A DNA stretch of 64,000 nt from Azolla caroliniana. Taxonomy: Eukaryota > Plantae > Polypodiophyta. The stretch covers positions 20,646,001 to 20,710,000 of the forward strand of contig JBHGNT010000012.1 in assembly GCA_043228905.1 (NCBI GenBank). The letters run 5' to 3'. The position numbers and the translations under genes are program-made. Every line of letters starts with the position of its first letter. The stretch's first letter is position 1. Under the pieces are notes generated by a model, which saw only the letters and a list, made by a program, of their open reading frames with translations, was not told the DNA's origin and did not search any database. Positions 47,272-60,066 of the stretch are shown piece by piece.

Positions 47272-49722
47272 TGAGAGAAAAAATGATTGATTTAAACATA
47301 GATGTCGTGATTCATCCAATGTACATGTGTGTATATAAATACAAAAAAGCAAAAATGACTACTCTATGTCTACTCATATCTTGTATCTGGCTATTTAATA
47401 GCCCCATACTCATTAATAGAATTAACGCTTCCATCAATTACTATTACCAAACATACATACATTATCACATGGTGTCAGAGCGTTCAAGATCAACGTGCTA
47501 TATTAGCTGCATTACCATCAACCTGGCAACCTTTCGTCACAACCCATATCCTATCAAACTCAATCATTGGCTGTCCTCATTAACAAAATGCATCAAGAAT
47601 ATGCCTTCACCAAGCTCACAACCATCACCAACAACAACCGCAACCAATCAACAATTCCAATTACAATGGCGACCACCATCCCAATGTCCAACCAACACCA
47701 ACAACAACCACATAGATTCAACAATTCTATCAATTACAACCACCAAAACCAATAGAACATCTCTCTGTAATTACTGCAACAAACCAGGCCACTGGGAGAA
47801 AGACTGTAGAACCAAGCAAAGAAACACATCTAATTATCAAAACACCAAAGTAATGACATGCAATTATTGCAACAGACAAGGACACTTGGAAAGAGAATGT
47901 AGAACAAAGCAACGTGAAGTAGGCCAACGACCTCAAGCTAGGATCGCACAACTTCAACAAAATCCACCATCATCAGGTGAAGAAATGTATTTATTCCATA
48001 CCAATTTAACCAACACAACAGGTTTACTTCAACAAAATCCACCATCATCAGGTGAAGAAATGTATTTATTCAATACCAGTTTAACCAAAACAACAGGTTT
48101 AGACCTTTCATGGTACCTCGATACCGGCGCCACTCATCATATGACATTCAACAAACTGTACCTAACACAATACAAAGACCTTACCACACCCCTAGACGTC
48201 CACCTTGGAGATAACAGCACCAGACAAGCCCAAGGATATGGTACCCTCACATTCAGTCTGCCCAACAACAATCATCTACATATTCATAAAGTTTACTTTG
48301 AACCGGGACTTACAAAGAACCTCTTATCAGTAAGTCAAGCAACCGAATACGGCTACACACTCATCTTCAAAGGTAACTCCTGTCTTTTCGAATCTCAACA
48401 AGCCAATTGCACATCGTATACAATTCCCTGTTTCAAAACAGGGAAACCTATAGCCTATTCCCATCACACCCATCAAAATATCAAATGCCTCTCATCAAAT
48501 CCATGACGCTGGAATTCAAAACACCCTCAAAAGGCATCTTAGGTTAGGTCACCCACCTCTTCAAGCCCTTCATAAGATCCGAACACACAACCTTGCCGAT
48601 GGAATAATAGGTCCTTTCACCCATCTAACCTTTTGTGAAGGGCTGCCTCTTCAGAAAAATGACCTCTAATCTATATCCCTTATTCAACCCAATACACAAC
48701 AAATCCCCTTCAACTTATTCACACTGATCTTTACTTTCTCACATTTATCGATGATTACACACACTACACCATCATCACTTTCCTCAAAAAGAAATCTGAC
48801 GCTGCCCTATCCCATTTCTTAGTCTACAAAAATCTTGTCGAAAACCAATTAAATAAAAAAATCAAAATGCCACGAAGTGATAATGGAGGAGAATTCAATT
48901 TGATAGAATTCAATAACATACTACAATCACAAGGAATGCTGCATCAGACAACCATACCACATCATCCTCAAAAAAACGGAAAATCAGAGAGAAAGAATCG
49001 CACACTCATGGGTGCTGCAGCTCGATCAATGCAAAAAGCCACAAACCTCCCAAACACCTTTTGGGAAGAATCCACGGCAACAGCTTACTATTTACAAAAT
49101 CGATTGCCTACGACAACACTCAGCTCTCAAACACCATTTGAAAATTGGTCAGGTATCAAACCAGATCCGTCTCACCTAAAGATCTTTGGCAGTACAACAT
49201 ACTCATATGTACTCAATGCAACCAGAAATAAACTAGAAGATCGAGCAATCAAACAAATTTTTATCGACTGTGATGACCATTTTGGCAAGAAAGGATGTCG
49301 GTTTTACAATTCTAAACATTCCAAAATAATAAAATAATAAAACAATAAAAAAAGGAGAAGGATAGAAGAAACAAAGAAGATCAACCAATCCTCGTCATCA
49401 ATTAACAAACACACAAAAACAGTACCTAAACCCAAACAACTTGAGTTTTGCTGCAAAGCTATTGGACTTATTAATGTAACTTCAAATAGAAACAGCCATA
49501 GCTTATAATTCTAGAAAAAATAGGGAGAATGTGAATACTTATTCACATGAATGTGAACACTAACTCACATGAATCCAGAAATAACCATCCCAAATACCTT
49601 TTGGTATCTTGTATATATATGTCTATTCATATCTTGTATGAGGCTATTTAATAGCCCCATACTCATTAATAGAATTAACTCTTCCATCAATTACTATTAC
49701 CAAACATACATACATTATCACA
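47272..49722 (+). mobile_element. Internally deleted Copia (knuckles-PR-INT; no RT/RH)
   Basis: LTRs ~47272-47469 and 49530-49722 share the 3' ~100 bp; PBS TGGTGTCAGAGC; WYLDTGATHHMT; RSDNGGEF; PPT TAGGGAGAA. Confidence 0.8.
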
Positions 49723-49739
49723 AAGAAATGTAAGTAAAG

Positions 49740-50582
49740 AGGAGAAGAAATTTGATGATGATGAAGAAGAAGAAGAAGAAGAAGAAAGAAGAAGAGTAGA
49801 GGAAGACGAAGACGAAGACAGAAGACAGAAGACGAAGAAGGATAAGGGGAAGGGGAAGGGGAAGGGGAAGGGGAAGGAGAAGGAGAGGAGAGGCAGAAGG
49901 AGAAGAAGGATTAAGAAGAAGAAGAAGAAGAAGGATTAAGAAGAAGAAGAAGAAGAAGGATTAAGAAGAAGGATTAAGAAGAGAGGAGAGGCAGATGGAG
50001 AAGAAGGATTAAGAAGAAGAAGAAGAAGAAGGATTAAGAAGAAGGATTAAGAAGAGAGGAGAGGCAGATGGAGAAGAAGGATTAAGAAGAAGAAGAAGAA
50101 GAATGAAGAAGAATGAAGAAGGATTAAGAAGGAGGAGGAGGATTAAGAAGAAAGAAGAAAGAAAAAGAAAGAAGAGGAAAGAAGAAGAAGGATTAAGAAG
50201 AAGGATTAAGAAGAGAGGTGAGGCAGATGGAGAAGAAGGATTAAGAAGAATGAAGAAGAAGAAGAAGAAGAGAAGGATTAAGGATTAAGAAGAAAGAAGA
50301 AAGAAGAAAGAAGAAGAAGGATTAAGAAGAAGAAGAAGGATTAAGACGAAAGAAGAAGAAGAATGAAAAAGAAAGAAGAAGAAGGATTAAAAAGAAAGAA
50401 GAAGAAGGATTAAGAAGAATGAAGAAGAAGGATTAAGAAGAAGAATGAAGAAGAAGGATTAAGAAGAATGAAGAAGAAGAAGAAGAAGGATTAAGAAGAA
50501 TGAAGAAGAAGGATTAAGAAGAAAGAAGAAGAAGAAGGATTAAGAAGAAGAAGAAGAAGAAGACTGAGAGAGAGAGAGAGAG
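49740..50582. repeat. Compound (GAA)n/GGATTAA purine-rich microsatellite
   Basis: Directly visible. Confidence 0.95.
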
Positions 50583-50899
50583 GTTACCATGGCGAAAGGA
50601 GGAGAGCTGCAGAGACGCAGAGAGATGGAGATGGAGCTGCAAAATGCTTCTTCAGAGACTCCAAAATGCTTCTGCGCGCGATACAAGAATAGAAGACGAG
50701 GAGTTGTTTGCACACACAGTCTATAGCGTATAGCGTATAGCGTATAGCGTATAGCGTATAGCGTATGAATTGTTCGTATGTTCATATATGTGGACATGAA
50801 TTGTTCGTAAGTGCGTTTTATACTCTCGTATTGCGCACACACACAGTCTATAGCGTATAGCGTGTTTGCAAATATAGTGTATGTGTATAGTGTATATAT

Positions 50900-50934
<35 letters not shown>

Positions 50935-51100
50935 GTGTATGTGTATAGCGTATAGCGTATGTGTATGTGTATAGCATATGTGTATACCTGGGTGGACATA
51001 TGTGTATAGCTTGTCTCTACATCGCTTCTTCCCAGTCTCCTTAGTTCAAGACCCCCGTGGTCCCGCCCGATCCGGCACGTACACACGGATATTTGCAACA
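50583..51100 (+). mobile_element. 3' part of a Gypsy-group LTR (E) with (TATAGCG)n repeats; left end unresolved
   Basis: Carries the U5 motif GACCCCCGTGGTCCCGCCC and ends GCAACA, followed by ACGT. Confidence 0.65.
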
Positions 51101-51876
51101 ACGTGGGAGGTTGTCAGCTACGTTTCTTTCATCTTCATTTGAATAATTGTCAAATCAATATGAGTCTTGTAGCTTCTCCCATAGGGCAAATGTCGTCGTC
51201 TCTATAACCATGTTGAAGTAGAACTTTTCGCCCAAGTGCATCCGAAATGGTTGATCTTGTTATTTCGTTAAGAGAGCGACATTCATCTATTGTCATCGAG
51301 GTCGGCTTGTTGTTGTGCCGAATAGCCTCAATTTCACACTGGATGATCAATACATCCTGCATCATCTCCTTCCAGAGGGAAAAGTTTTTGAAGTCGAATT
51401 TTATGATCTCATAGGCAATGTCGAATGTCGAGGCCGTCATTCTTGTGGAAGTGAGTAATTGACTTGGTCCTTTCCTTCAATCGGTTTTCCTCCTTGTGTT
51501 GTTGCTGCTGAAATCTGAATCGCTCTGATACCACTTTGTAGGGCAATGTGTGTGTTTTAGTCAGCTATGATGTGCTGATATGCCGACTAGTGCGGAATAA
51601 TATGGATCTTGTGTATAGAGTTAGCAAGCAAGTAACAAGAGAGATATGGTGTACTATTCCTGTCAATGCGATATACACATAGATGGAGTGTGAGAGAGTG
51701 TGTGAGAAATAGTTACATAGTTGTAGAACAAAGATGACAATTGCATTCAAAATCCCGTCGAACTCCTTTACAAGAATACAGTTCCTCATATTTATAGTTA
51801 GGGAAATTGTGCCCTAACTTAGAGGACGTGTTCACACTAAGAGTACAATAGGTAGAGTGGGATTTTTAGCCCAACA
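51101..51876 (-). mobile_element. Copia 5' fragment (LTR 51537-51876, Met PBS 51522-51533, gag start)
   Basis: TGGTATCAGAGC; gag IIKFDFKNFSLWKEMMQDVL. Confidence 0.75.
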
Positions 51877-53339
51877 AAAATAACAAATGTAATACAATAA
51901 GGTCATACAAGACTCCTACATGGTTAATGTGATGTCCAAAATGTTGGTCATGACTCATACACGTGACACCACTAAAAAAAATCCATGTTTATGATATAAA
52001 TATGAATTAACAAGTTTGAACCTACTCACAATCATAGTAACCAATATATTTTATTGAACTTTAACACTTAAAACAACTTCTTTTTTTCCCAAAGAAACAC
52101 TACTATCCATTAGTTAGCAAACGAAGTACATCAAAGTTCAACCATAATCAACAAAACTCACACTACTCCACACAAAACTAAGCATAATCCCCACCCTGCT
52201 ATTTACAACAAAATTATCCCGCTAACTCTTTTTACATGGTAACCACATAATTACATCTTTTGTCCACTATTGGAAGCCAATGACGAAAATAGCCATCTCG
52301 GTGCTTGGTAGTTCCATTTAGGCCCCGACGTTGAATTTACCATCATAGGAGAACAACCCCATTTCAGCAAAAACTTTGACCGAGCCCTTTCTGCTTCATC
52401 CGAATTCCCTTCAATTGAGTTGTATCGTTCGCGCAACCAAGATACCAGCTCGAACCAAATGTTTAGCAACACTTCACCACTTGGGAGTTTTCGTTGTTGA
52501 AAAACAAACATACATCATTTGGTCCAAATGTGCCAGACCGAGAAGCATGCCACCAACATCCACATCTCCTCAAAAAAACCAAAGTTTGTACCAAGTTTCA
52601 CTCCAACACATCTGAATACACTGCCACCCTGCACTATAAATCCATGACCATGTGGATTTAGTTGGTCCGCCTAGCCTTGCCTAGTTGGCTTCAAACCCTA
52701 TAAGAACCCCCACACAACTCCCCCATTCACATCGCATGTTGCCACTATCCTGAGACTTCTACCCCAAATGTTGATTGCCTTTGCACAGTTCCAAAAACAG
52801 TGAGGTATCGATTCCAAAGAGTGACCACATAACTTACAACCAGCCTCCCCACCATGACTGTTAAGAGTCTATTACTAATCAATAAACCAAATCAAGTAAA
52901 AAGGAAGAAAATAGATTGGATAGAAGAACCCGTTCCACCCGACCACCCCCGAGCTATGATCTAGACATAGCCAACCTACCACCGACGTCCCATACCGCCG
53001 GATATTAGGATGACTAATACCTTGGAAGAGATAAACACGATCGTCGAGACGAAAGCCTAGCCCGCACCACCGGTGTCTACGACAGCAGCCTTCCGACGTG
53101 ATGATCCCTATGAGGGTAGCTAAGCCTCATATTTATACCTTTTCCTAGGCCCCTTGAATAGATGTGCCTTTCTAAAAGGCTCTCTATTCATTGGTTGTCT
53201 AAATCATGATAGTGCATGCACATATCATTCATTCTATCCAATCATTAGTCCCCTTTTTAATAATAGTGAACATACCCTTCACTAATGTAAATATTAGTGA
53301 CCTACCCTCACCAACGTTATGTGTACATAACATACTCCC

Positions 53340-56300
53340 CTACTTCAAAAGATTGCACTCTTGCAATATAAAGTGAGGAAATTGTGCCTTAAGCGAATGC
53401 TCGCGTTCCCATGTGGCATCATCAATAGGTTTATCCATCCATTTGATCTTGAATAGCCGAATCTCTTTAGAACGTAAACGTTTAGTACGAGAATCAAGAA
53501 TTCGTTCAGGAACATGAGGTTTGTAAGAAAAATCCTCTAATGTTACAAGATCTTGGATTGTGATGGTGTTATCACCAGAGCCTAAAAATGGTTTTAGACG
53601 ACTGACGTGAAAAACAGGATGAATACCCACGTTACGAGGTAAGGCAAGGTGATAAGCAGATGACCCAACTCGCTTAAGGATTTCAAATGGGCCACAATAT
53701 CGTGGGGCTAACTTAGCGCACTTGCCCGTAGATAATGACGTAGAATCAGTCGGGACACGCAAAAAAACTTTTTGACCAATAGTAAATGCACAAGGACGTC
53801 TATCCTGATCAGCATAAAATCGAGCACGATCTTGAGCTGTCTTGACATTTTCTTTGGCAATATGCAACATTTGGTTCATGTCTTGCAAAAAATTGCGTGT
53901 ACTGTCTAATGTATCACGATGAATCGTGACATCAACTGGGGCACGTGGCTGAAAACCATACATCAACATAAAAGGACTATATCCAGTGGATGTATGTTTA
54001 GAGCTATTATAGGCAAATTCTAAGATAGGAAGGTATTGCTCCCACTTAGAAGGGGTTTTTGCTACATAAGCTCGAAGCATGTCCTCAATAATTTGATTAA
54101 CTCGTTCAGTTTGTCCATCAGACTGAGGATGATCTGCGGAACTCATGCTCAACGTAGTTTCTAGTTTCTTAAAGACCTGAGTCCAAAAGTCACTAGTAAA
54201 CTTGGAATCTCGATCACTAACAATATCCATCGGTAATCCATAAAAATGAAATAACTCATCAACAAATTGATAAGCCAACTGTTGAGCGGTTACCGTGGTT
54301 TTTGTAGGAATAAATCTAGCTAATTTTGTTAGCCTGTCAACGACAACCCGTATGGCATCATGACCCCTCTGTGTATGAGGTAAACTAACAATAAAATCCA
54401 TCGAGATACTTTCCCATTTATTGTTGGGAATATCTAAGGGATGTAAAAGACCAGCAGCTTTAAGTCGTTCCGACTTATTAATCTGACATTGTAAGCATTG
54501 AGTTACGTATTTATGCACGTCAGAGCGCATCTTAGGCCAGAAAAAAGTACACGAGATGAGAACGAGTGTGCGTTGTATTCCAGGATGACCAGCAGATGGT
54601 GCATCATGACATTCATGAAAAATTTTCTGTTTAACATTTGGTAAATCTGGAACACAGACCTTTCCACTACGGTAGAGCAAACCGTTTGTAATGTGAAAGG
54701 TCGCCTTCGAGGGTAGGGTGCTAGTATCGGCATCTAAACCAGATTCGGCTTTCGTCCAGTATTTTGAGAAATAACTGTCATCAAGGTATTTCCCTCGAAG
54801 GTGATCTAAAAGTTCAGATTTTATTTCCGTGAAGCTAAGCATGTTAACTTCTTTAATGCGACTAAGAGCATCAGCAACGGTGTTCATATAACCCTTGCGA
54901 TATCGTATGGAAAAATCAAAATCTTGCATGAGGTCAGCCCAACGGCCTTTACGACCAACAAGATCGGGCTGGTCACAAAAATACTTTAATGATTGATGGT
55001 CTGTTGTAACCACAAATTTATTTCCATAGAGATAGTGCCTCCATGTTTTAAGTGCGTGTATCACCGCAAACAACTCTTTCTCTTGAACCGAATACCGAGA
55101 TTGAGCAACATCAAGCTTCTTACTTTCAAAAGCAATAGGGTGACCACCTTGATAAAGAACGGCACCAATAGCATAATCACTAGCATCGGTTTCAATTGAG
55201 AAAGGCTTAGAAGGGTCTGGTAATAGAAGAGTGGGAGCCTGACACACATGCTCCTTGAGTGTCTCAAATGATTTGTCAAGTTGTTCATTCCATGAAATTG
55301 GTTTGACAGACTTACGTGGATGACCTTTTAAAAGATCAGTTAATGGCGTAGTCAATTTGGAATAGTTACGAATTGATTTTCGTAAAAATCCAACAAACCC
55401 TAAGAATGATCTAAGTTCACGAATATTACGAGGAATGGGCCAAAGTTTAACCTTTTCAATACGAGAAGGTTCAATTTCAACGCCCTTTTCTGTAATTAAA
55501 TGACCTAGGTACACAATAGATTTTTGGAAGAAGTCACATTTTGAATGTTTTGCATAAAAAGAGTTGTCACGCAACTTTCGCAAAACAAATCGAACATGTT
55601 GAACATGATCTTGCAAGGTATGGCTATATATCAAAATATCATCCAAGAAGACGACAACAAAATCACCGAGTTGATCTCGGAAAACATCATTCATCGCTTG
55701 TTGGAATGTGGCTGGAGCATTAGTCAACCCAAACGGCATGACTAAAAACTCATAATGGCCATAGCGCATACGAAAAGCGGTTTTAGGAATATCATCCTCG
55801 GCGATGCGAATCTGATGATAACCAGTTCGTAAGTCAATTTTCGTAAAATATCGAGCCCCGTGCAAACGATCAATCAAATCATCGGCACAAGGTAATGGAT
55901 ATGCATTCTTAATTGTCATTTTATTCAAACGGCGATAATTGATACACATTCGCCACGAACCTTCCTTCTTCTTGACTAATAGAACTGGCGCACCCCAAGG
56001 TGATTTACTATACCTAATGTGGCTCATACTCAAGTATTCCTTAAGTTGTTTAGTGATCTCATCCTCTTCTAATCGACTAAGTCGGTAAGGTGGAATGCTC
56101 ACAGGAGCAGCCCCAGGGATGAGTTCAATTTGATGGTCCACATTACGTTTAGGTGGTAAAGTAAGCGGTAATTCAGTAGGAAACACATCTTGAAAATCCT
56201 CTAAAATAGAGTCGAGTAATCGTTGCTCAAAATGTGGTAATTGTGTGGCGTCAATATTAAAATAATAAAATTGAACCGCAGGATCAATTACACACGAATA

Positions 56301-57743
56301 AATTAATGAACTAGAATACTCACTTAAAGATTTAGAAGACACAAGTGAATGAGAAGGAAGTTTGGAACATTGAATAAAATGTTTACAATTATTAAGTTCA
56401 AATGTGATTGAGTGATTAACCCAATCAATGGACAAAGAAGGGTTTTTATTAAAAAACCAAGGATATCCTAAAATGACATCTGCGGATTGTAATTTCATAA
56501 CATGAAAGTCAAGCTTCTCCAAATAAGTATCTATTTGAATTGGCAGTTGACAAACAATGCCACTGATGTATTGAACGTTTCCATTTGCCATGTGAACTTG
56601 ATAGATATGATCACTTGCGTTTATGTGGAGCTCCATTTGCTGCACAAAGTGATCATTAAGAAAATTGTGAGAACTACCGGAATCAAACAAGAAATGTGCT
56701 TGTGTTCCATTGATATATCCGACTGCTCGGAGTAAATCATTAGGTCCAAGTAAATGTGAAGGAAAAGTGCATTCACATAAACTTAAGTGATTGGTATGAA
56801 CTTCAACAATATCAAAAGACTCACCTGTGTGACTCGTAGATTTGTCTTGAGGAGGGGTGTTCATTGACTTCCTCTCAAGACGACGACAGGTATCCTTTGT
56901 GTGGCCCCGCTTCTTGCAATATGCACAGAAGAGGTTCGGTTTCTTTGAGTCGCGGTCAAGAGTGTCACTGGATTGCTTACGTTTCCCAATGAACTTGACA
57001 TTCAGAGTTTTGGCGAACTCAGGTTTATTGTGGTCTTTCTTGGAAGTCCTATGGTATCGTAGCACAATGTTGACGGCTTCCTCGAAAGTTGTGGGGTCCT
57101 TGTCATGGACAATCCAATGATAATCCCCATTGGGAATACCATTCAAAAAACAAGCGACAAACCATTTCTCACCCGTAAGTCCCGATTTTTGGATCTGGGT
57201 CCGAGCGTGATGCACATAATCCTCGAGAGAGGTAAATGGCTTACTAGACAATGTGAGCAAGTGTTGCGCTTGTTCGGTTTGAGAAGGTGGCTGCAAGAAT
57301 TGTTTCTTAAAAACATCAACGAAACCTTCCCAAGTTGTGGGTAAGTTTTTTGCGGTCCTTAGGCCACGCCACCAAGCAGCAGCTCGGCCACCTAACTCAC
57401 GACCGACATAACCAATTTTTACTGCATCGAGCTTGGGATGAAGCTCAAAGTGAGACTCCCAACGACCAAGCCAAGTGCTAATGGCCTCCTCGGTTCTTTC
57501 TTTCTTATCTCCCTTGAAAGGCGTGACTACGAAGGAAGGTTCACCTTCTTTCTTGGACTCAATAGTTAATTCTTGGAATTTCTTTTCCAATGCCATATTG
57601 ACCTGTCTCATTTCGGCCAATTGATTCAAGGTAGTAGTGAGCAATTGCTCAATAGTGATCTCAGCTTGTGTGCGAGATGCGGATTGGGGTTGAGAGGTCT
57701 CATTTGGAGAGATCGTTCCAACTGCGTTCAAAACTTGTTCCAT
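53340..57743 (-). CDS. Single gag-PR-RT-RH-INT-chromodomain polyprotein (1467 aa)
   Basis: CAYCKKRGHTKDTC, LFDSGSSHN, FLDD, SDRD, GPF, and C-terminal PERILDSR...KIKWMDKPIDDATWE chromodomain. Confidence 0.95.
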   Translation of the reverse strand: MEQVLNAVGTISPNETSQPQSASRTQAEITIEQLLTTTLNQLAEMRQVNMALEKKFQELTIESKKEGEPSFVVTPFKGDKKERTEEAISTWLGRWESHFELHPKLDAVKIGYVGRELGGRAAAWWRGLRTAKNLPTTWEGFVDVFKKQFLQPPSQTEQAQHLLTLSSKPFTSLEDYVHHARTQIQKSGLTGEKWFVACFLNGIPNGDYHWIVHDKDPTTFEEAVNIVLRYHRTSKKDHNKPEFAKTLNVKFIGKRKQSSDTLDRDSKKPNLFCAYCKKRGHTKDTCRRLERKSMNTPPQDKSTSHTGESFDIVEVHTNHLSLCECTFPSHLLGPNDLLRAVGYINGTQAHFLFDSGSSHNFLNDHFVQQMELHINASDHIYQVHMANGNVQYISGIVCQLPIQIDTYLEKLDFHVMKLQSADVILGYPWFFNKNPSLSIDWVNHSITFELNNCKHFIQCSKLPSHSLVSSKSLSEYSSSLIYSCVIDPAVQFYYFNIDATQLPHFEQRLLDSILEDFQDVFPTELPLTLPPKRNVDHQIELIPGAAPVSIPPYRLSRLEEDEITKQLKEYLSMSHIRYSKSPWGAPVLLVKKKEGSWRMCINYRRLNKMTIKNAYPLPCADDLIDRLHGARYFTKIDLRTGYHQIRIAEDDIPKTAFRMRYGHYEFLVMPFGLTNAPATFQQAMNDVFRDQLGDFVVVFLDDILIYSHTLQDHVQHVRFVLRKLRDNSFYAKHSKCDFFQKSIVYLGHLITEKGVEIEPSRIEKVKLWPIPRNIRELRSFLGFVGFLRKSIRNYSKLTTPLTDLLKGHPRKSVKPISWNEQLDKSFETLKEHVCQAPTLLLPDPSKPFSIETDASDYAIGAVLYQGGHPIAFESKKLDVAQSRYSVQEKELFAVIHALKTWRHYLYGNKFVVTTDHQSLKYFCDQPDLVGRKGRWADLMQDFDFSIRYRKGYMNTVADALSRIKEVNMLSFTEIKSELLDHLRGKYLDDSYFSKYWTKAESGLDADTSTLPSKATFHITNGLLYRSGKVCVPDLPNVKQKIFHECHDAPSAGHPGIQRTLVLISCTFFWPKMRSDVHKYVTQCLQCQINKSERLKAAGLLHPLDIPNNKWESISMDFIVSLPHTQRGHDAIRVVVDRLTKLARFIPTKTTVTAQQLAYQFVDELFHFYGLPMDIVSDRDSKFTSDFWTQVFKKLETTLSMSSADHPQSDGQTERVNQIIEDMLRAYVAKTPSKWEQYLPILEFAYNSSKHTSTGYSPFMLMYGFQPRAPVDVTIHRDTLDSTRNFLQDMNQMLHIAKENVKTAQDRARFYADQDRRPCAFTIGQKVFLRVPTDSTSLSTGKCAKLAPRYCGPFEILKRVGSSAYHLALPRNVGIHPVFHVSRLKPFLGSGDNTITIQDLVTLEDFSYKPHVPERILDSRTKRLRSKEIRLFKIKWMDKPIDDATWEREHSLKAQFPHFILQECNLLK

Positions 57744-58759
57744 GATGCACGCTGTGGGTATGCAATAAAATAAGGAGGTTCAGAAAATACACAAGCAAAA
57801 TGAATGCTTGAAATTTTGATTGAAAGAACTTTATCCAAGAAAGTATCTCATGTCTTTACCCCTCTAGACATATGAGATGTGATTCGAGATCCGATAACTA
57901 TGGTAACACTATGGTGTTTTAAAAACCATGGGGGAAAACATAGCTAAGATGTATTTCTCGGATCTCTATCTTGAGTAATCATGGCGGCTCCCCGAGGCTC
58001 AACCATGGTTCTTACATCAATGAAATTTCCTAGATAGCCTTATATTAATGCCAACCCATCATGTATTATATGGTCGAGAAAGTGTATTACGTGAAAAAAC
58101 AAGTGCACTCACAAGTAATATTCTAGTCTTGCGAGCAATAAGCAAACGTGATGATAAAATGATAAAATAAGGCACTACTCATAAGAGTTAAGTAGTGACG
58201 AAAACAAGGGTAAAAAAAAAAAAAAAGAACCCATGTGTTACCTACGAAAAAAAAACAATGTCACAAATAAATGGGAAGTGCAAGGTATGCACATATACAT
58301 CCCAATATGATTGTTATAACTTGCACAATTGTGACATAAGCCACAAATTGATACAAGTGATGACGGTGTTGTGCGCAAAGATGTAATACTCAAATCCATG
58401 AGTAAAACATCAATAAGGGAACTCATATGGTTTTACTCGTTTTCTAAGGCTTGATGATAAGAGTTAAACCTAGATGACCCGTTGAAAAAAAAATCGTTCA
58501 ACAAGCCACTCCATACGAAAAAAATAGTCTACACGTAAAGGTTACATCAAAAGTAAACGATGTAAATACTTTATACACGAAAAGGAAGTGGAAAAAGGAG
58601 AGTTAATTGTGGGCGGGTAAATAATAATTACTAGAAAATCATATAAGTGAAACAATACTTATGAAATTAAAATTTAATTAGAATAATCAACAATTAGGTG
58701 TATGGAATCAAACATGCCCTAAGATACGAAACCCTAGGGTAGTTGACATGCACCTCCTC

Positions 58760-59270
58760 AAGACCACCACATATCCCTAGAATCGGCCAAGTAATGGCTA
58801 ATTAAAGAGGAAAGTGGCATAGGTAAGTGACATATACCTCGTCAAGGCCACATCATCCCTTAGAATCGGCCAATTGATGGCTAATTAAAAAGGAAAGTGG
58901 CATATGTAAGCTACATATACCTTGTCAAGGCCACAACATCCCATAGAATCGGCCAATTGATGGCTTAATAGAGAGTAGAGTGGCATAGGTAGGCAACATA
59001 CACCTTGTCAAGGCCACATCATCCCTTAGAATCGGCCAAGTGATGGCTCAATAGAGGGGAAGAGTGGTATACTCAACATCATATGCAAAACGGCCATGAG
59101 ATAAGCGTGTGCGATTAGAGCAAACACGCTCGACCCAATGCACAAGAATAATTATTATCGTAAGAGTTCAAGAGAGGAGAGAGTGGGATATATATCGCAA
59201 TATGCAAAAGGCCATGAGTTGAGCGTGTGCGATTAGTGCAAACACGCTCGGCCCGATGCATAATAATAAG
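58760..59270. repeat. Tandem repeats in the chromovirus 5' leader (~80 bp x4; ~120 bp x2)
   Basis: AGAATCGGCCAA...GTGGCATA...TCAAGGCCAC repeated; ATATGCAAAA.GGCCATGAG...AAACACGCTCG duplicated. Confidence 0.85.
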
Positions 59271-60032
59271 TAAAATCGTAGCGTAGTAGGAGGTAGAAAG
59301 AAAGAGAATAAAACGTAATACCAATTTGATTCGACCATAAAGAACGCATAATAGAAAAAGAGAAGAGATCAAAAAAGAAGAATATCGGGTTTAGAGTGTT
59401 GTTTTGATCCTGAGAAGAGCATGACGAGCCTTGTTAGATCCCCCTCGCTCACACGCAAAAAACATCAAAACAACAAAAAAATTGTTAGTAAAAGCTCTGA
59501 TACCACTGTTAAGAGTCTATTACTAATCAATAGACCAAATCAAGTAAAAAGGAAGAAAATAGATTGGATAGAAGAACCCGTTCCACCCGACCACCCCCGA
59601 GCTATGATCTAGACATAGCCAACCTACCACCGACGTCCCATACCGCCGGATATTAGGATGACTAATACCTTGGAAGAGATAAACACGATCGTCGAGACGA
59701 AAGCCTAGCCCGCACCACCGGTGTCTACGACAGCAGCCTTCCGACGTGATGATCCCTATGAGGGTAGCTAAGCCTCATATTTATACCTTTTCCTAGGCCC
59801 CTTGAATAGATGTGCCTTTCTAAAAGGCTCTCTATTCATTGGTTGTCTAAATCATGATAGTGCATGCACATATCATTCATTCTATCCAATCATTAGTCCC
59901 CTTTTTAATAATAGTGAACATACCCTTCACTAATGTAAATATTAGTGACCTACCCTCACCAACGTTATGTGTACATAACAATGACACCTCATCCACTCTC
60001 GTATGGGTATTGCCTTATGACTAAGAAGCCAA

Positions 60033-60033
60033 T

Positions 60034-60066
<33 letters not shown>

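Larger units (their letters stand above)
52859..59980 (-). mobile_element. Intact young chromovirus (Ty3/Gypsy)
   Basis: 474-bp LTRs 52859-53332 and 59507-59980 (one mismatch seen by eye); TSD ATGAC; Met PBS 59494-59505; PPT adjacent to the ORF stop. Confidence 0.97.

Noticed and set aside
50103-50977. Lys/Arg-rich and Tyr-rich ORFs
   Set aside because: Translations of microsatellites.
41870-51100. Kinase gene captured inside an LTR element ending at 51100
   Set aside because: No matching left LTR, PBS or TSD was found.
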